The notes beneath the pieces were generated by a model. The model made no database searches. It was not told where the DNA came from and was given only the letters and a program-made list of their open reading frames with translations. DNA of 32,000 nt, from assembly GCA_038736825.1 (NCBI GenBank), contig JAVYME010000001.1, positions 125,383 through 157,382 of the forward strand. Reading direction: 5' to 3'. Shown in pieces: positions 15,734 through 23,301 of the stretch. Position 1 is the stretch's first letter, and every line of letters starts with the position of its first letter. This DNA is from Candidatus Iainarchaeum sp. (lineage in GTDB: Archaea; Iainarchaeota; Iainarchaeia; Iainarchaeales; DTGL01). A program made the position numbers and the translations under genes.

Positions 15734-16303
15734 ATGGCATTCTGGCTTTTAGACTTATTCTTTTTTTTCCTGCCACTATGCTGGCTCTGGATTGAAAAAA
15801 AGCAGGGAATGCCGCTTTCAGCAAAAAAAGCAAAACTATTGTTAAGCGAACTCGGATTCAAGAGAGAAAAAGCAAAAATTGTTCTTCAAAAAACCATTCT
15901 GCTCTTGGGAGCACTCTTGCTTACAGCAACAATTTTAGCATTAGCACTCAACATGGCTGGATTGAATGACACAAAACTCGTTGAAGAACACGCAAAAGAA
16001 ATAATTGCAATTCCCTGGCTTGCAGCATACATATTGCTGGTAAGAGTGCCATGCGAAGAAATCTTTTTCAGGGGCTTCCTGCAAAGAGAAATAGGCAAAC
16101 TGGGAACAACAACCGGCATACTTGGCTCAACACTGCTGTTCGCAATAGCACACCTTGCATATGGCTCCATTGGGGAAATAATAGGCACCTTTGTTTTGGG
16201 AGCCTTGCTAGCAATCGCCTACCATCGCTCAAAAAACATAATCATCAATATTTTAGCACATATTGCATATAATTTCATCATATTTTTGTCAATAATGTGG
16301 TAA
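15734..16303 (+). CDS. CPBP-family intramembrane glutamic endopeptidase (CAAX protease/Abi family)
   Basis: It is multi-TM and carries the three family motifs: EEIFFRGFL, FAIAHL and ILAHIAYNF. Confidence 0.8.
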   Translation: MAFWLLDLFFFFLPLCWLWIEKKQGMPLSAKKAKLLLSELGFKREKAKIVLQKTILLLGALLLTATILALALNMAGLNDTKLVEEHAKEIIAIPWLAAYILLVRVPCEEIFFRGFLQREIGKLGTTTGILGSTLLFAIAHLAYGSIGEIIGTFVLGALLAIAYHRSKNIIINILAHIAYNFIIFLSIMW

Positions 16304-16306
16304 AAA

Positions 16307-17338
16307 ATGCCTGCTGGAAGCAAAAAAACAATAAAAAAAATAAAGGAAACAGGCTCAAGCCTTGTTTGCCTTGGAATTGAATGCACAGCCCACACATTTG
16401 GAGCCGGAATTGCAGACAGCAAAGGCCACATATTGGCAAACGAGCGCACTGTTTTCAGGACAACAGAAGGCGGCATAAAACCGCAAGAAGCAGCAGACTT
16501 TCACAGGGAAAACGCTACTCTAACAATCGCAAGAGCCCTAAAAAAAGCCGGCTTGGAAATAAAAGACATCAATTGCATTTCATTTTCCCAAGGCCCTGGA
16601 TTGGGTCCAACCCTCAAGGTTGGCGCAGTCGCAGCACGCACACTCAGCCTTATACATAACCTGCCTTTGGTTGGAGTCAACCACTGCATTGCACACATTG
16701 AAATCGGACGCCACCTCACCAAAGCAAAAAACCCCACCGTGGTTTATGCAAGCGGAGGCAACACCCAAATAATCGGCCTCACAAAAAAACATTATTCGGT
16801 TTTTGGGGAAACACTGGACATTGGCATTGGAAACCTGATGGATTCCTTTGGAAGAAAACTCGGTTTAGGCTTTCCAGCAGGACCAACTTTGGACAAATGG
16901 TATTTTGAAGGAAAAAAATACATTGAACTCCCATATTCTGTCAAAGGCACAGACCTTGTATTCTCTGGACTGCAAACAGCAGCAGAGGCAAAAATTGGAA
17001 AGTTTCCTGAAAAGGATTTGGCTTACAGTCTCTTGCACACCGCCTTTGCAATGCTTTGCGAGGCAACCGAGAGGGCTTTAGCGCACACAGAAAGAAACGA
17101 GGTTCTCTTAGTTGGCGGAGTGGCTTCAAGCAAGGCATTGAGGAAAATGCTTGAAAAAATGTGCAGGGAACGAAATGCAAAACTGTTTGTGCCAGAACAA
17201 CAGTATTGCGTGGACAATGGAGCCATGATTGCATGGCAGGGAATTCTTGAATTCTTGCACGGAAAAAGGACAAAAATCTCTGACAGCATTGCAAGACAAG
17301 ACTTTCGCGTGGAAGAAACCGAAGTAAATTGGACTTGA
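16307..17338 (+). CDS. kae1: tRNA N6-adenosine threonylcarbamoyltransferase Kae1 (KEOPS catalytic subunit), stand-alone
   Basis: The motifs GIECTAHTFGAGIAD ... SQGPGLGPTLKVGA ... VNHCIAHIE ... YASGGNTQ ... CVDNGAMIA match the Kae1/OSGEP family. At 343 aa it has no fused Bud32 domain. Confidence 0.92.
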   Translation: MPAGSKKTIKKIKETGSSLVCLGIECTAHTFGAGIADSKGHILANERTVFRTTEGGIKPQEAADFHRENATLTIARALKKAGLEIKDINCISFSQGPGLGPTLKVGAVAARTLSLIHNLPLVGVNHCIAHIEIGRHLTKAKNPTVVYASGGNTQIIGLTKKHYSVFGETLDIGIGNLMDSFGRKLGLGFPAGPTLDKWYFEGKKYIELPYSVKGTDLVFSGLQTAAEAKIGKFPEKDLAYSLLHTAFAMLCEATERALAHTERNEVLLVGGVASSKALRKMLEKMCRERNAKLFVPEQQYCVDNGAMIAWQGILEFLHGKRTKISDSIARQDFRVEETEVNWT

Positions 17339-17346
17339 ATTACAAT

Positions 17347-17517
17347 TCAAATTTCGCCTTGCTTTTCCTTTTCCCTTAATGCCTTTAACAATTCTTTCCT
17401 GTGCTTTTCGAATTTTTTCTTCAAAGACTTGAGTTCCTTGAGCGAATGCTGTTCCAGCAATTCATGGTACTCCCATTCAACCAACTGGTCCAACAATTCC
17501 CTATAAGTTCTTTTCAT
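17347..17517 (-). CDS. hypothetical small helical protein (56 aa from ATG; 83 aa with an N-terminal hydrophobic segment if TTG at 17598 is used)
   Basis: This is the only minus-strand ORF here that is not an antisense shadow. The sequence MKRTYRELLDQLVEWEYHELLEQHSLKELKSLKKKFEKHRKELLKALREKEKQGEI is charged and heptad-like. A TATA-like TTTTTATATTTTT block on the minus strand about 35 nt upstream of the ATG at 17517 favours the short form. I recognise no homology. Confidence 0.35.
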   Translation of the reverse strand: MKRTYRELLDQLVEWEYHELLEQHSLKELKSLKKKFEKHRKELLKALREKEKQGEI

Positions 17518-17691
17518 AAAAAAACCACCAAGCAATAAAAACCAAAAAAATATAAAAAACCATTGCAATGGCAGTTGATTGAAACCGAACAATTCCAAAA
17601 AAGTTTAATTAGCAAAACAGTAAAATATAATAATAGAAAAAACATAAAATAGAAGAAAAAGTAAGGCTATAATGCTATGGTAGGTGGTTTG

Positions 17692-20600
17692 ATGAAGAAT
17701 GGTTTATTGGCAGTTTTGTTTTTGGCGTTTTTATCCACGTGGGCTTTTGCCACAACAAGTTATTATGAGCCAGCGCCCTCTCCAACAATTAACAACAGTT
17801 GTTCCTATCTTTACTGGTTCGACAATGACACAAAAACATGCGGATACAAGCAATTCTGCGGAACATACATGTACTATGGACTCCAAACATTCAAAACAAA
17901 AGAAGAATGCGAAACAGCCCTAAAAAAAACCCAACCACTCAATTGCACTCAAGACGTAAAAAAATGCGATGACGGCTCATACGTTTCAAGAGACCCATAC
18001 AACAACTGCGAATTCAAACCCTGCCCGACTGATACAACAACCTTAAAGGAACAAGTAAAATGTGTTTTTAGTGGCAGCACTGCCACTCAAAAATGCTATA
18101 CTGCTGACGGGCAATTCGAATGCTCTGGCTCAGGAACCTGTATAGCGAATGTTTATGGCAAAAAAGGAGCAACCCTGGTCTGGAAAAGCACTTGCGGCGG
18201 ATACGCTTACACTACCATAGATGGAACAAACAAGTATGCTGAATTCAAGTGCGAAGGCGGAGACTGCAAATACCTTTACTGGTTTGACAATTACACCAAG
18301 GCTTGCGGCTACCAAAAATTTTGCGGACAATACATGCATTATGGACTGCAAACCTTTGACTCATACGATGCTTGCGAGAAAGCCCTTGGCTTTGGGGGAA
18401 CCGAAATTGAACAACCCAACATAATTGTTTCAGCAGCCCCTACAAGCACAAGCAGTTCCACAACAACCACAACCGCAACAAACGCTTATTCTGTTGGCGT
18501 TTGCCCAATAAAAGAACAACCCGTTGCCTGCACAATGGAATACGCGCCCGTTTGCGCAACAATCCAACACTTTGGACCAAACGGCCAATACAGCAAGTAC
18601 AGGAAAACCTTTAGCAATGCCTGCATGGCTTGCGCTTCTTCAACCAAAACAGACCTTGTAGTGGAATATGTGAGCGGAGCATGCAGTCAAGAAACAGACA
18701 TTGAATGCCCGCTTGTTGAAAAAATGCCGCCAGAGGCATGCCCGAACGGCCAAATCTTGCCAGAATACGGTGAAATCAATGGCAAAAAATGCATTGTTGG
18801 ATATTACTGCAAGGAAGTGCAAGCGGATCCAACAAATGAAGTGCCTGTGTTCGTTTATGGTTCATATGGCGGGTTTGCGGTTATGGAAAAAACCATGGAA
18901 GTCTACAAGAATGGCGCCATAGTGGAGAAAAAGTCAATAAGCGGTCAAGTGACAAAAATGTCTGGGCAGACAAGCAGTGAAAAAGTGATTGAATTCCTTA
19001 AAAACCTTGACGCAAAAGGCTTTTTTGAATTGAAAATGACAAATCCAAGCTGTTGCATAACTAAAAGTGAAGGTGTCTCAATGTGTGTTGCCGACATGCC
19101 AATCCAAAAAATGTTTGCAAGGCTTGGCGAGAAAGAAAACAGCATTGCATGGTGCATTTTGGAAAAAGAACCTGAAGCAATAACATATGCTCTAAAAATG
19201 GTTCAAGAATTTGAATCATTGTTAAAGGAAAACCCTGAAAACACTACAAAATATGTTTCGCTTGGAGAAATCTTTGACCTTTCCCTAGGACAAAAGGCAA
19301 TAGTCAGGGAAACAGGCTTACAGGCAAAACTTTCAAGCATTGAACCAGACAGCGCTTTATTGATTTTAAAGCCAGCCTATAGCTTGCAGGAAACCGCTGA
19401 AAAAGAAACAAGCGATAAGTGGGTGAAAATAAAGGCAGGGGAAAGCGCAGAAGCCTTTGGCCACACTATTTACTTGAACAGCATACTTTTCCCCAAATGC
19501 GCCATAGAAAAAGACCTGAAAACAGGCGAAGAAACAACCAAATGCTATGGAGCATCACCCTATGCAAGCCTGACAATAACAAAGCAAGAAGTTAAAGAAA
19601 AAACAGCATACTTGGGAGAAAAATTCGAATTAAAAGTGAGTGAAAAAGCAACAATAATTGACTCCATGTCACAGAAAAAACTGCTCTGGGTGAGCCTTGA
19701 AGGCATCAGCATTCCAGTTGACTGCCCAATAAAGGAAAAATGCGATCCAACAAAAGGTTATTGCATTCAAGGCTGGTGTGACATGCGGGCAATGGCAAAA
19801 ATCCTTGTAAGCATTCCCCAACAATACGGTTCGGAAATGAAAGTAATAGAAGTAACTCCCTTGGCAATCCTTGAAGGTGAAACAAAAACAGTTGGCGAAT
19901 ACAAGATATACTTTGCAGGGCTTTCAGGCAAAAATGCTGTTTTCGTGGTGAATAGGCTATCCGAAGAAATAAAATACATAAAGGTAAGCCTTGGCGAAAA
20001 ATTCAAGCTAAAAGAAAAAGAAACAGCGCTTATATTGGACAAGGATATCTTTGTCACGCTGGTCAAGTCCGCAGTAATATCCCAACAGCCCTTTGAAGAA
20101 ACTGGGTGCCCTGGTCGGTCTGAAAGAAAAATGCAAGTCCAGCATTCAGTAAGCAAAACGCTTGACTGTGTTTATCTTGAAATCATGCCCCATTGTGCTC
20201 CAAACAGCCCCCACATTCTGCACATTGAAAATAACAAATGTGAAAACGAGGTGTTAGTATACATTGATGGAAAAGGGAACACGCACGAACTAGTGCACCG
20301 GGAACACTTAAACTCTCTTTGGTGGAAAAATGATGGCCAGCCTTACAGCTTTGAAGAATCAGGAATACCCCAAGAGATAGGGGCTGAGTGGACACGGGAA
20401 TTTTACTTTAAAAGCAATCCAAATGAAAAAGTGACCATTAAAGCCAAAAATATTGAGTTTTTGCCCGAGCCTAAACCTTACCCTGCAACAGGCTATGCAA
20501 TTGTTTCAGTCTGGAAAAAGGGATGGGGTGTAACGCCAATGCCCATAATCCAAGAAATAAAGCAAAAAATGGAAACCATACAAGAAAACATGAAAAACGC

Positions 20601-21837
20601 TGGAATTGATAGCAAAATAATGGAGCAAAACAGGATTGCCTCTGGTTCAAGCAACACTGTTTTCTACAAAAAAACCTATTTACTGAATTTGGGTGAAAGC
20701 CTCAAAATCTATGACATAAAGCTTTCACTCCTTGACCTCAGTGAAGGCAGTGCCGCCCTTTTGGCAGAAGAAACACCATATGATGACACAATCAACGTGC
20801 ATGTCGGCGAACCCTTCAAATTAAAGGAAAAAATGAAGGCAAGAGTGCTAGAAGCAAACCTGTTAATGGAACTCCTCGGAATTTACTCCGTAGAAGCATG
20901 TTATGACGTGCCAGAAGGACAAGCCGGTGGTTGCACTGCAAAAAACACTGTGAAAATAGGGGTAACAAATTACATGTTTGCAAAAGCACAAATGGGCAAA
21001 ACAGTGAGCAGCCAGCAGATTTCGGAAAAGGCAAAAAGCGAAATAATTGAAACAACTGGAATTGCTAAAAAAACAAACCAGCCACTCAATTGCACTCAAG
21101 ACGTAAAAAAATGCGATGACGGCTCATACGTTTCAAGAGACCCATACAACAACTGCGAATTCAAACCCTGCCCGACAACATCACAAAACACTCCAATAGA
21201 AATTCCAAAGCCAGTCAGTGTTTACACTCTTGGCGAAGGCGAATCCATTGCTGTCGGCGAATTCGAAATAACAGCCAAGGCAATCTGGGCAGACTATGCA
21301 GAATTTGTTGTCACAGAGAAAGGCACAGGCATTGAATTCAAGATTGCAATAGGAAAAGGGTGGAATTTGTTTTCAATTCCAGGCGAAATAAAAGCCACTG
21401 AATTGAACAAGTGCAATCTCAGCAATTTCAGGCTGTTTGAATACAAAAACGGACAGTTTGTTAAAGCACAAAAGGCAGAGCCAGGCAAAGCATACGGGCT
21501 TTACAATCCAAGCGAGGCTTGCACGATAAAAGCAAAACTGATAAAGCCGGTTTCCTTGTTTGAATTGAAACCATTGCAGAAAGGCTGGAATTTTGTGCCA
21601 GTGCTCAAGGATATGCTGGGAAGCCAACCAGGCAAAATGGGCAAATGCAATATGAAAGGCGCTTTCTTTTATGACTCTGAGGGAAAACAGTGGGTGAAGG
21701 CTATGGAAACCACTCTTGGAGAACAACACTTTGGAAAAGCACTCGCGGTTTATGCAGAAACAGGTTGTTCTCTTGCAAGCCCAGACATTCCAATCCCTGA
21801 AATTCCAGCTTTGCCGGAAATCTTGGAGGTGGGGTAA
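17692..21837 (+). CDS. giant secreted Cys-rich multi-repeat surface protein (hypothetical; 1381 aa from ATG 17692, 1386 aa from 17677)
   Basis: It is the longest ORF in the window. It has a Sec-type signal, MKNGLLAVLFLAFLSTWAFA|TT, with GGTGG upstream of 17692. There are about 50 Cys, an S/T linker, several N-x-S/T sequons and several internally repeated modules. No further TM segment is visible and no enzyme motif is recognised. Confidence 0.85.
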   Translation: MKNGLLAVLFLAFLSTWAFATTSYYEPAPSPTINNSCSYLYWFDNDTKTCGYKQFCGTYMYYGLQTFKTKEECETALKKTQPLNCTQDVKKCDDGSYVSRDPYNNCEFKPCPTDTTTLKEQVKCVFSGSTATQKCYTADGQFECSGSGTCIANVYGKKGATLVWKSTCGGYAYTTIDGTNKYAEFKCEGGDCKYLYWFDNYTKACGYQKFCGQYMHYGLQTFDSYDACEKALGFGGTEIEQPNIIVSAAPTSTSSSTTTTTATNAYSVGVCPIKEQPVACTMEYAPVCATIQHFGPNGQYSKYRKTFSNACMACASSTKTDLVVEYVSGACSQETDIECPLVEKMPPEACPNGQILPEYGEINGKKCIVGYYCKEVQADPTNEVPVFVYGSYGGFAVMEKTMEVYKNGAIVEKKSISGQVTKMSGQTSSEKVIEFLKNLDAKGFFELKMTNPSCCITKSEGVSMCVADMPIQKMFARLGEKENSIAWCILEKEPEAITYALKMVQEFESLLKENPENTTKYVSLGEIFDLSLGQKAIVRETGLQAKLSSIEPDSALLILKPAYSLQETAEKETSDKWVKIKAGESAEAFGHTIYLNSILFPKCAIEKDLKTGEETTKCYGASPYASLTITKQEVKEKTAYLGEKFELKVSEKATIIDSMSQKKLLWVSLEGISIPVDCPIKEKCDPTKGYCIQGWCDMRAMAKILVSIPQQYGSEMKVIEVTPLAILEGETKTVGEYKIYFAGLSGKNAVFVVNRLSEEIKYIKVSLGEKFKLKEKETALILDKDIFVTLVKSAVISQQPFEETGCPGRSERKMQVQHSVSKTLDCVYLEIMPHCAPNSPHILHIENNKCENEVLVYIDGKGNTHELVHREHLNSLWWKNDGQPYSFEESGIPQEIGAEWTREFYFKSNPNEKVTIKAKNIEFLPEPKPYPATGYAIVSVWKKGWGVTPMPIIQEIKQKMETIQENMKNAGIDSKIMEQNRIASGSSNTVFYKKTYLLNLGESLKIYDIKLSLLDLSEGSAALLAEETPYDDTINVHVGEPFKLKEKMKARVLEANLLMELLGIYSVEACYDVPEGQAGGCTAKNTVKIGVTNYMFAKAQMGKTVSSQQISEKAKSEIIETTGIAKKTNQPLNCTQDVKKCDDGSYVSRDPYNNCEFKPCPTTSQNTPIEIPKPVSVYTLGEGESIAVGEFEITAKAIWADYAEFVVTEKGTGIEFKIAIGKGWNLFSIPGEIKATELNKCNLSNFRLFEYKNGQFVKAQKAEPGKAYGLYNPSEACTIKAKLIKPVSLFELKPLQKGWNFVPVLKDMLGSQPGKMGKCNMKGAFFYDSEGKQWVKAMETTLGEQHFGKALAVYAETGCSLASPDIPIPEIPALPEILEVG
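17935..18029 (+). repeat. copy 1 of a perfect 95-bp in-frame direct repeat inside the giant ORF
   Basis: The repeat ccactcaattgcactcaagacgtaaaaaaatgcgatgacggctcatacgtttcaagagacccatacaacaactgcgaattcaaaccctgcccgac is identical base for base to 21082..21176. It encodes PLNCTQDVKKCDDGSYVSRDPYNNCEFKPCP. Confidence 0.92.
21082..21176 (+). repeat. copy 2 of the perfect 95-bp in-frame direct repeat
   Basis: It is identical to 17935..18029. The offset is 3147 bp (3 x 1049), so both copies share the reading frame. Confidence 0.92.
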
Positions 21838-22032
21838 ATGAACCTAAAAGTGATAGCAATAGTCTTAATTTTATTGATAACAATAACTGCTTTCAGTGGG
21901 TGCACTGAAACCCCCCCTGCAAAAACAACTCCGACACCAACGCCAAGCAGTGGAATTGAGGCTGACTCGAAAAGCATTCCAATGCCAACAGACACTGGCG
22001 ACAGTGGAGCGCCACCTGAACTGCCGCTTTAA
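21838..22032 (+). CDS. small lipobox protein with T/P-rich linker (64 aa), translationally coupled to the giant ORF
   Basis: The sequence MNLKVIAIVLILLITITAFSG-C22 has a lipobox-like signal, followed by TETPPAKTTPTPTPSSG. Its ATG directly follows the TAA of the giant ORF and is preceded by GGAGGTGG within that ORF's last codons. Confidence 0.6.
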   Translation: MNLKVIAIVLILLITITAFSGCTETPPAKTTPTPTPSSGIEADSKSIPMPTDTGDSGAPPELPL

Positions 22033-22059
22033 AAAAAAAGCGGCTTTTATTATTTTTTT
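22023..22059. terminator. hairpin plus T-run between convergent genes (putative bidirectional terminator)
   Basis: GCCGCTTT (22023-22030) pairs with AAAGCGGC (22037-22044) around an A-rich loop. TTTTATTATTTTTTT follows immediately. It spans the stop codons of both convergent ORFs. Confidence 0.5.
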
Positions 22060-22697
22060 CTTTTAGCCAATTGCATTTTTTCAGCCAGTTTTCTTTTTCT
22101 TGCATGCCTGTCCAAAGAATCAAATTTCAAGGCATAATTGTGCATGTAAAGGAAAACCGCGGTTATTGCTGCAAAGGTAAGAATTTTTGCAATTGTATCC
22201 CATGGAGCAGGCAAGTCTGTGCCGGATTTTTTGAGCAGGGAAAGCCAGCTTAAAAGCCAGTCATTGTTCAAATTTGGGTCTGGATCCAAATAAAGATAGA
22301 CAGCCATAACAATTAGCATGACATAAGCAAAATCTATGAGGATTAAGGCAATAGAAAAAGGGTTTTCACGGGAACGCCTTATTTTAGCGCTGGTTGTTTC
22401 CTTTAAAAGAGAATGCAAGCCGGAATCAAGAGAGTGAAAAGTCCAGTTGCGCTTTTTTGAAACAAAACTAATGGAAAAAATCGTGAACACAACTAGTGCC
22501 ATCACAATGTACACTGAAAGGTCTTCCGAAAAAGAAATTGTGCGCATTTCCCAGTCAATATGCAAAACATGGTATAATTCAAAAAGAAAAACCAGTGCAA
22601 GCAAAACCTGTATTGCGAGAAGAAAGAGGGCCTTTTTGTTCTTTTGTTTTGCATTATCAAGCGCCACTTTTTTCTCTGAAGCTTTCCATTTAGCCAT
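22050..22697 (-). CDS. hypothetical integral membrane protein (about 4 TM segments, basic termini)
   Basis: The 215-aa ORF has four hydrophobic stretches (LFLLAIQVLLALVFLF, VYIVMALVVFTIFSISFV, FSIALILIDFAYVMLIVMAVYLYL, IAKILTFAAITAVFLYM) and K/R-rich ends. I recognise no family. Confidence 0.55.
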   Translation of the reverse strand: MAKWKASEKKVALDNAKQKNKKALFLLAIQVLLALVFLFELYHVLHIDWEMRTISFSEDLSVYIVMALVVFTIFSISFVSKKRNWTFHSLDSGLHSLLKETTSAKIRRSRENPFSIALILIDFAYVMLIVMAVYLYLDPDPNLNNDWLLSWLSLLKKSGTDLPAPWDTIAKILTFAAITAVFLYMHNYALKFDSLDRHARKRKLAEKMQLAKRKK

Positions 22698-22801
22698 ACT
22701 GCTATTAAAAGGGGCGTTCCAGTATAAATATTTTTTGCGGGGCTGGTGCTGAATGCATTTTTGCTTTAATTTTAAAACCGTTTTGAGAAAAAAAGCTGAA
22801 A

Positions 22802-23218
22802 TTATTCAAACTTTAAGCCGAATTCTCTGTCAATCCGTTTCGCTGTTTCCTGCATTCTGCGAAAAATCCTGTCAATGTCTTCCTCTATTTCCTGTATTGT
22901 GCGGTAAACGCTCCTAGAGCGCGGCACATAATAACGGCCTTCTTTGAGCACAAGGCCAGCAGTGATAAGGTTGTTCAAGTGGTTTATTACAGAGCCACGG
23001 CTCATTTTAACCATTTTTGCCAGGTCGGTTGAAGTAAGCTTTTTGCCCTTGTCATAGTTTTTCACAATGTGCCTGAATATTGCACTGGCGGTTTTTTCCT
23101 TGTCTATTTCTTCAAAAAAACCCAAAGACCTGCAAAGGAATGCGAATTCCTCGTCTGGGTTGTGGGAAAACGGGGGCTCTATTTTGCGAATTGTTATCCT
23201 GAAAGGTTTTGCGGGCAT
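22802..23218 (-). CDS. winged-helix DNA-binding protein (ArsR/MarR-like), hypothetical regulator
   Basis: The sequence LTSTDLAKMVKMSRGSVINHLNNLITAGLVLKEGRYYVP is an HTH plus wing, followed by a helical C-terminus. The ATG at 23218 is preferred. The track start at 23323 would overlap the divergent bud32 start and the AT-rich promoter region. Confidence 0.65.
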   Translation of the reverse strand: MPAKPFRITIRKIEPPFSHNPDEEFAFLCRSLGFFEEIDKEKTASAIFRHIVKNYDKGKKLTSTDLAKMVKMSRGSVINHLNNLITAGLVLKEGRYYVPRSRSVYRTIQEIEEDIDRIFRRMQETAKRIDREFGLKFE

Positions 23219-23301
23219 ATAAAAAAATTGGCTGAAAAGCATTAAAAGATTTTTGATTAAAGAATCCAATAAATAATTAAATGGTTTAAACAGGTTTTCT
23301 T

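Noticed and set aside
17935-21176. The 95-bp repeat pair as a diversity-generating retroelement template/variable repeat pair
   Set aside because: The copies are identical, with no adenine-specific mismatches. Both lie inside the coding region, and no reverse transcriptase or accessory gene is present in the window.
21790-21905. PIP/PEF-CTERM-like archaeosortase sorting signal formed by the giant-protein tail plus the following hydrophobic helix
   Set aside because: A TAA stop separates them, and the downstream ORF has its own strong SD and ATG. The helix is followed by a lipobox Cys and a T/P-rich linker, not by the short basic tail of a CTERM signal.
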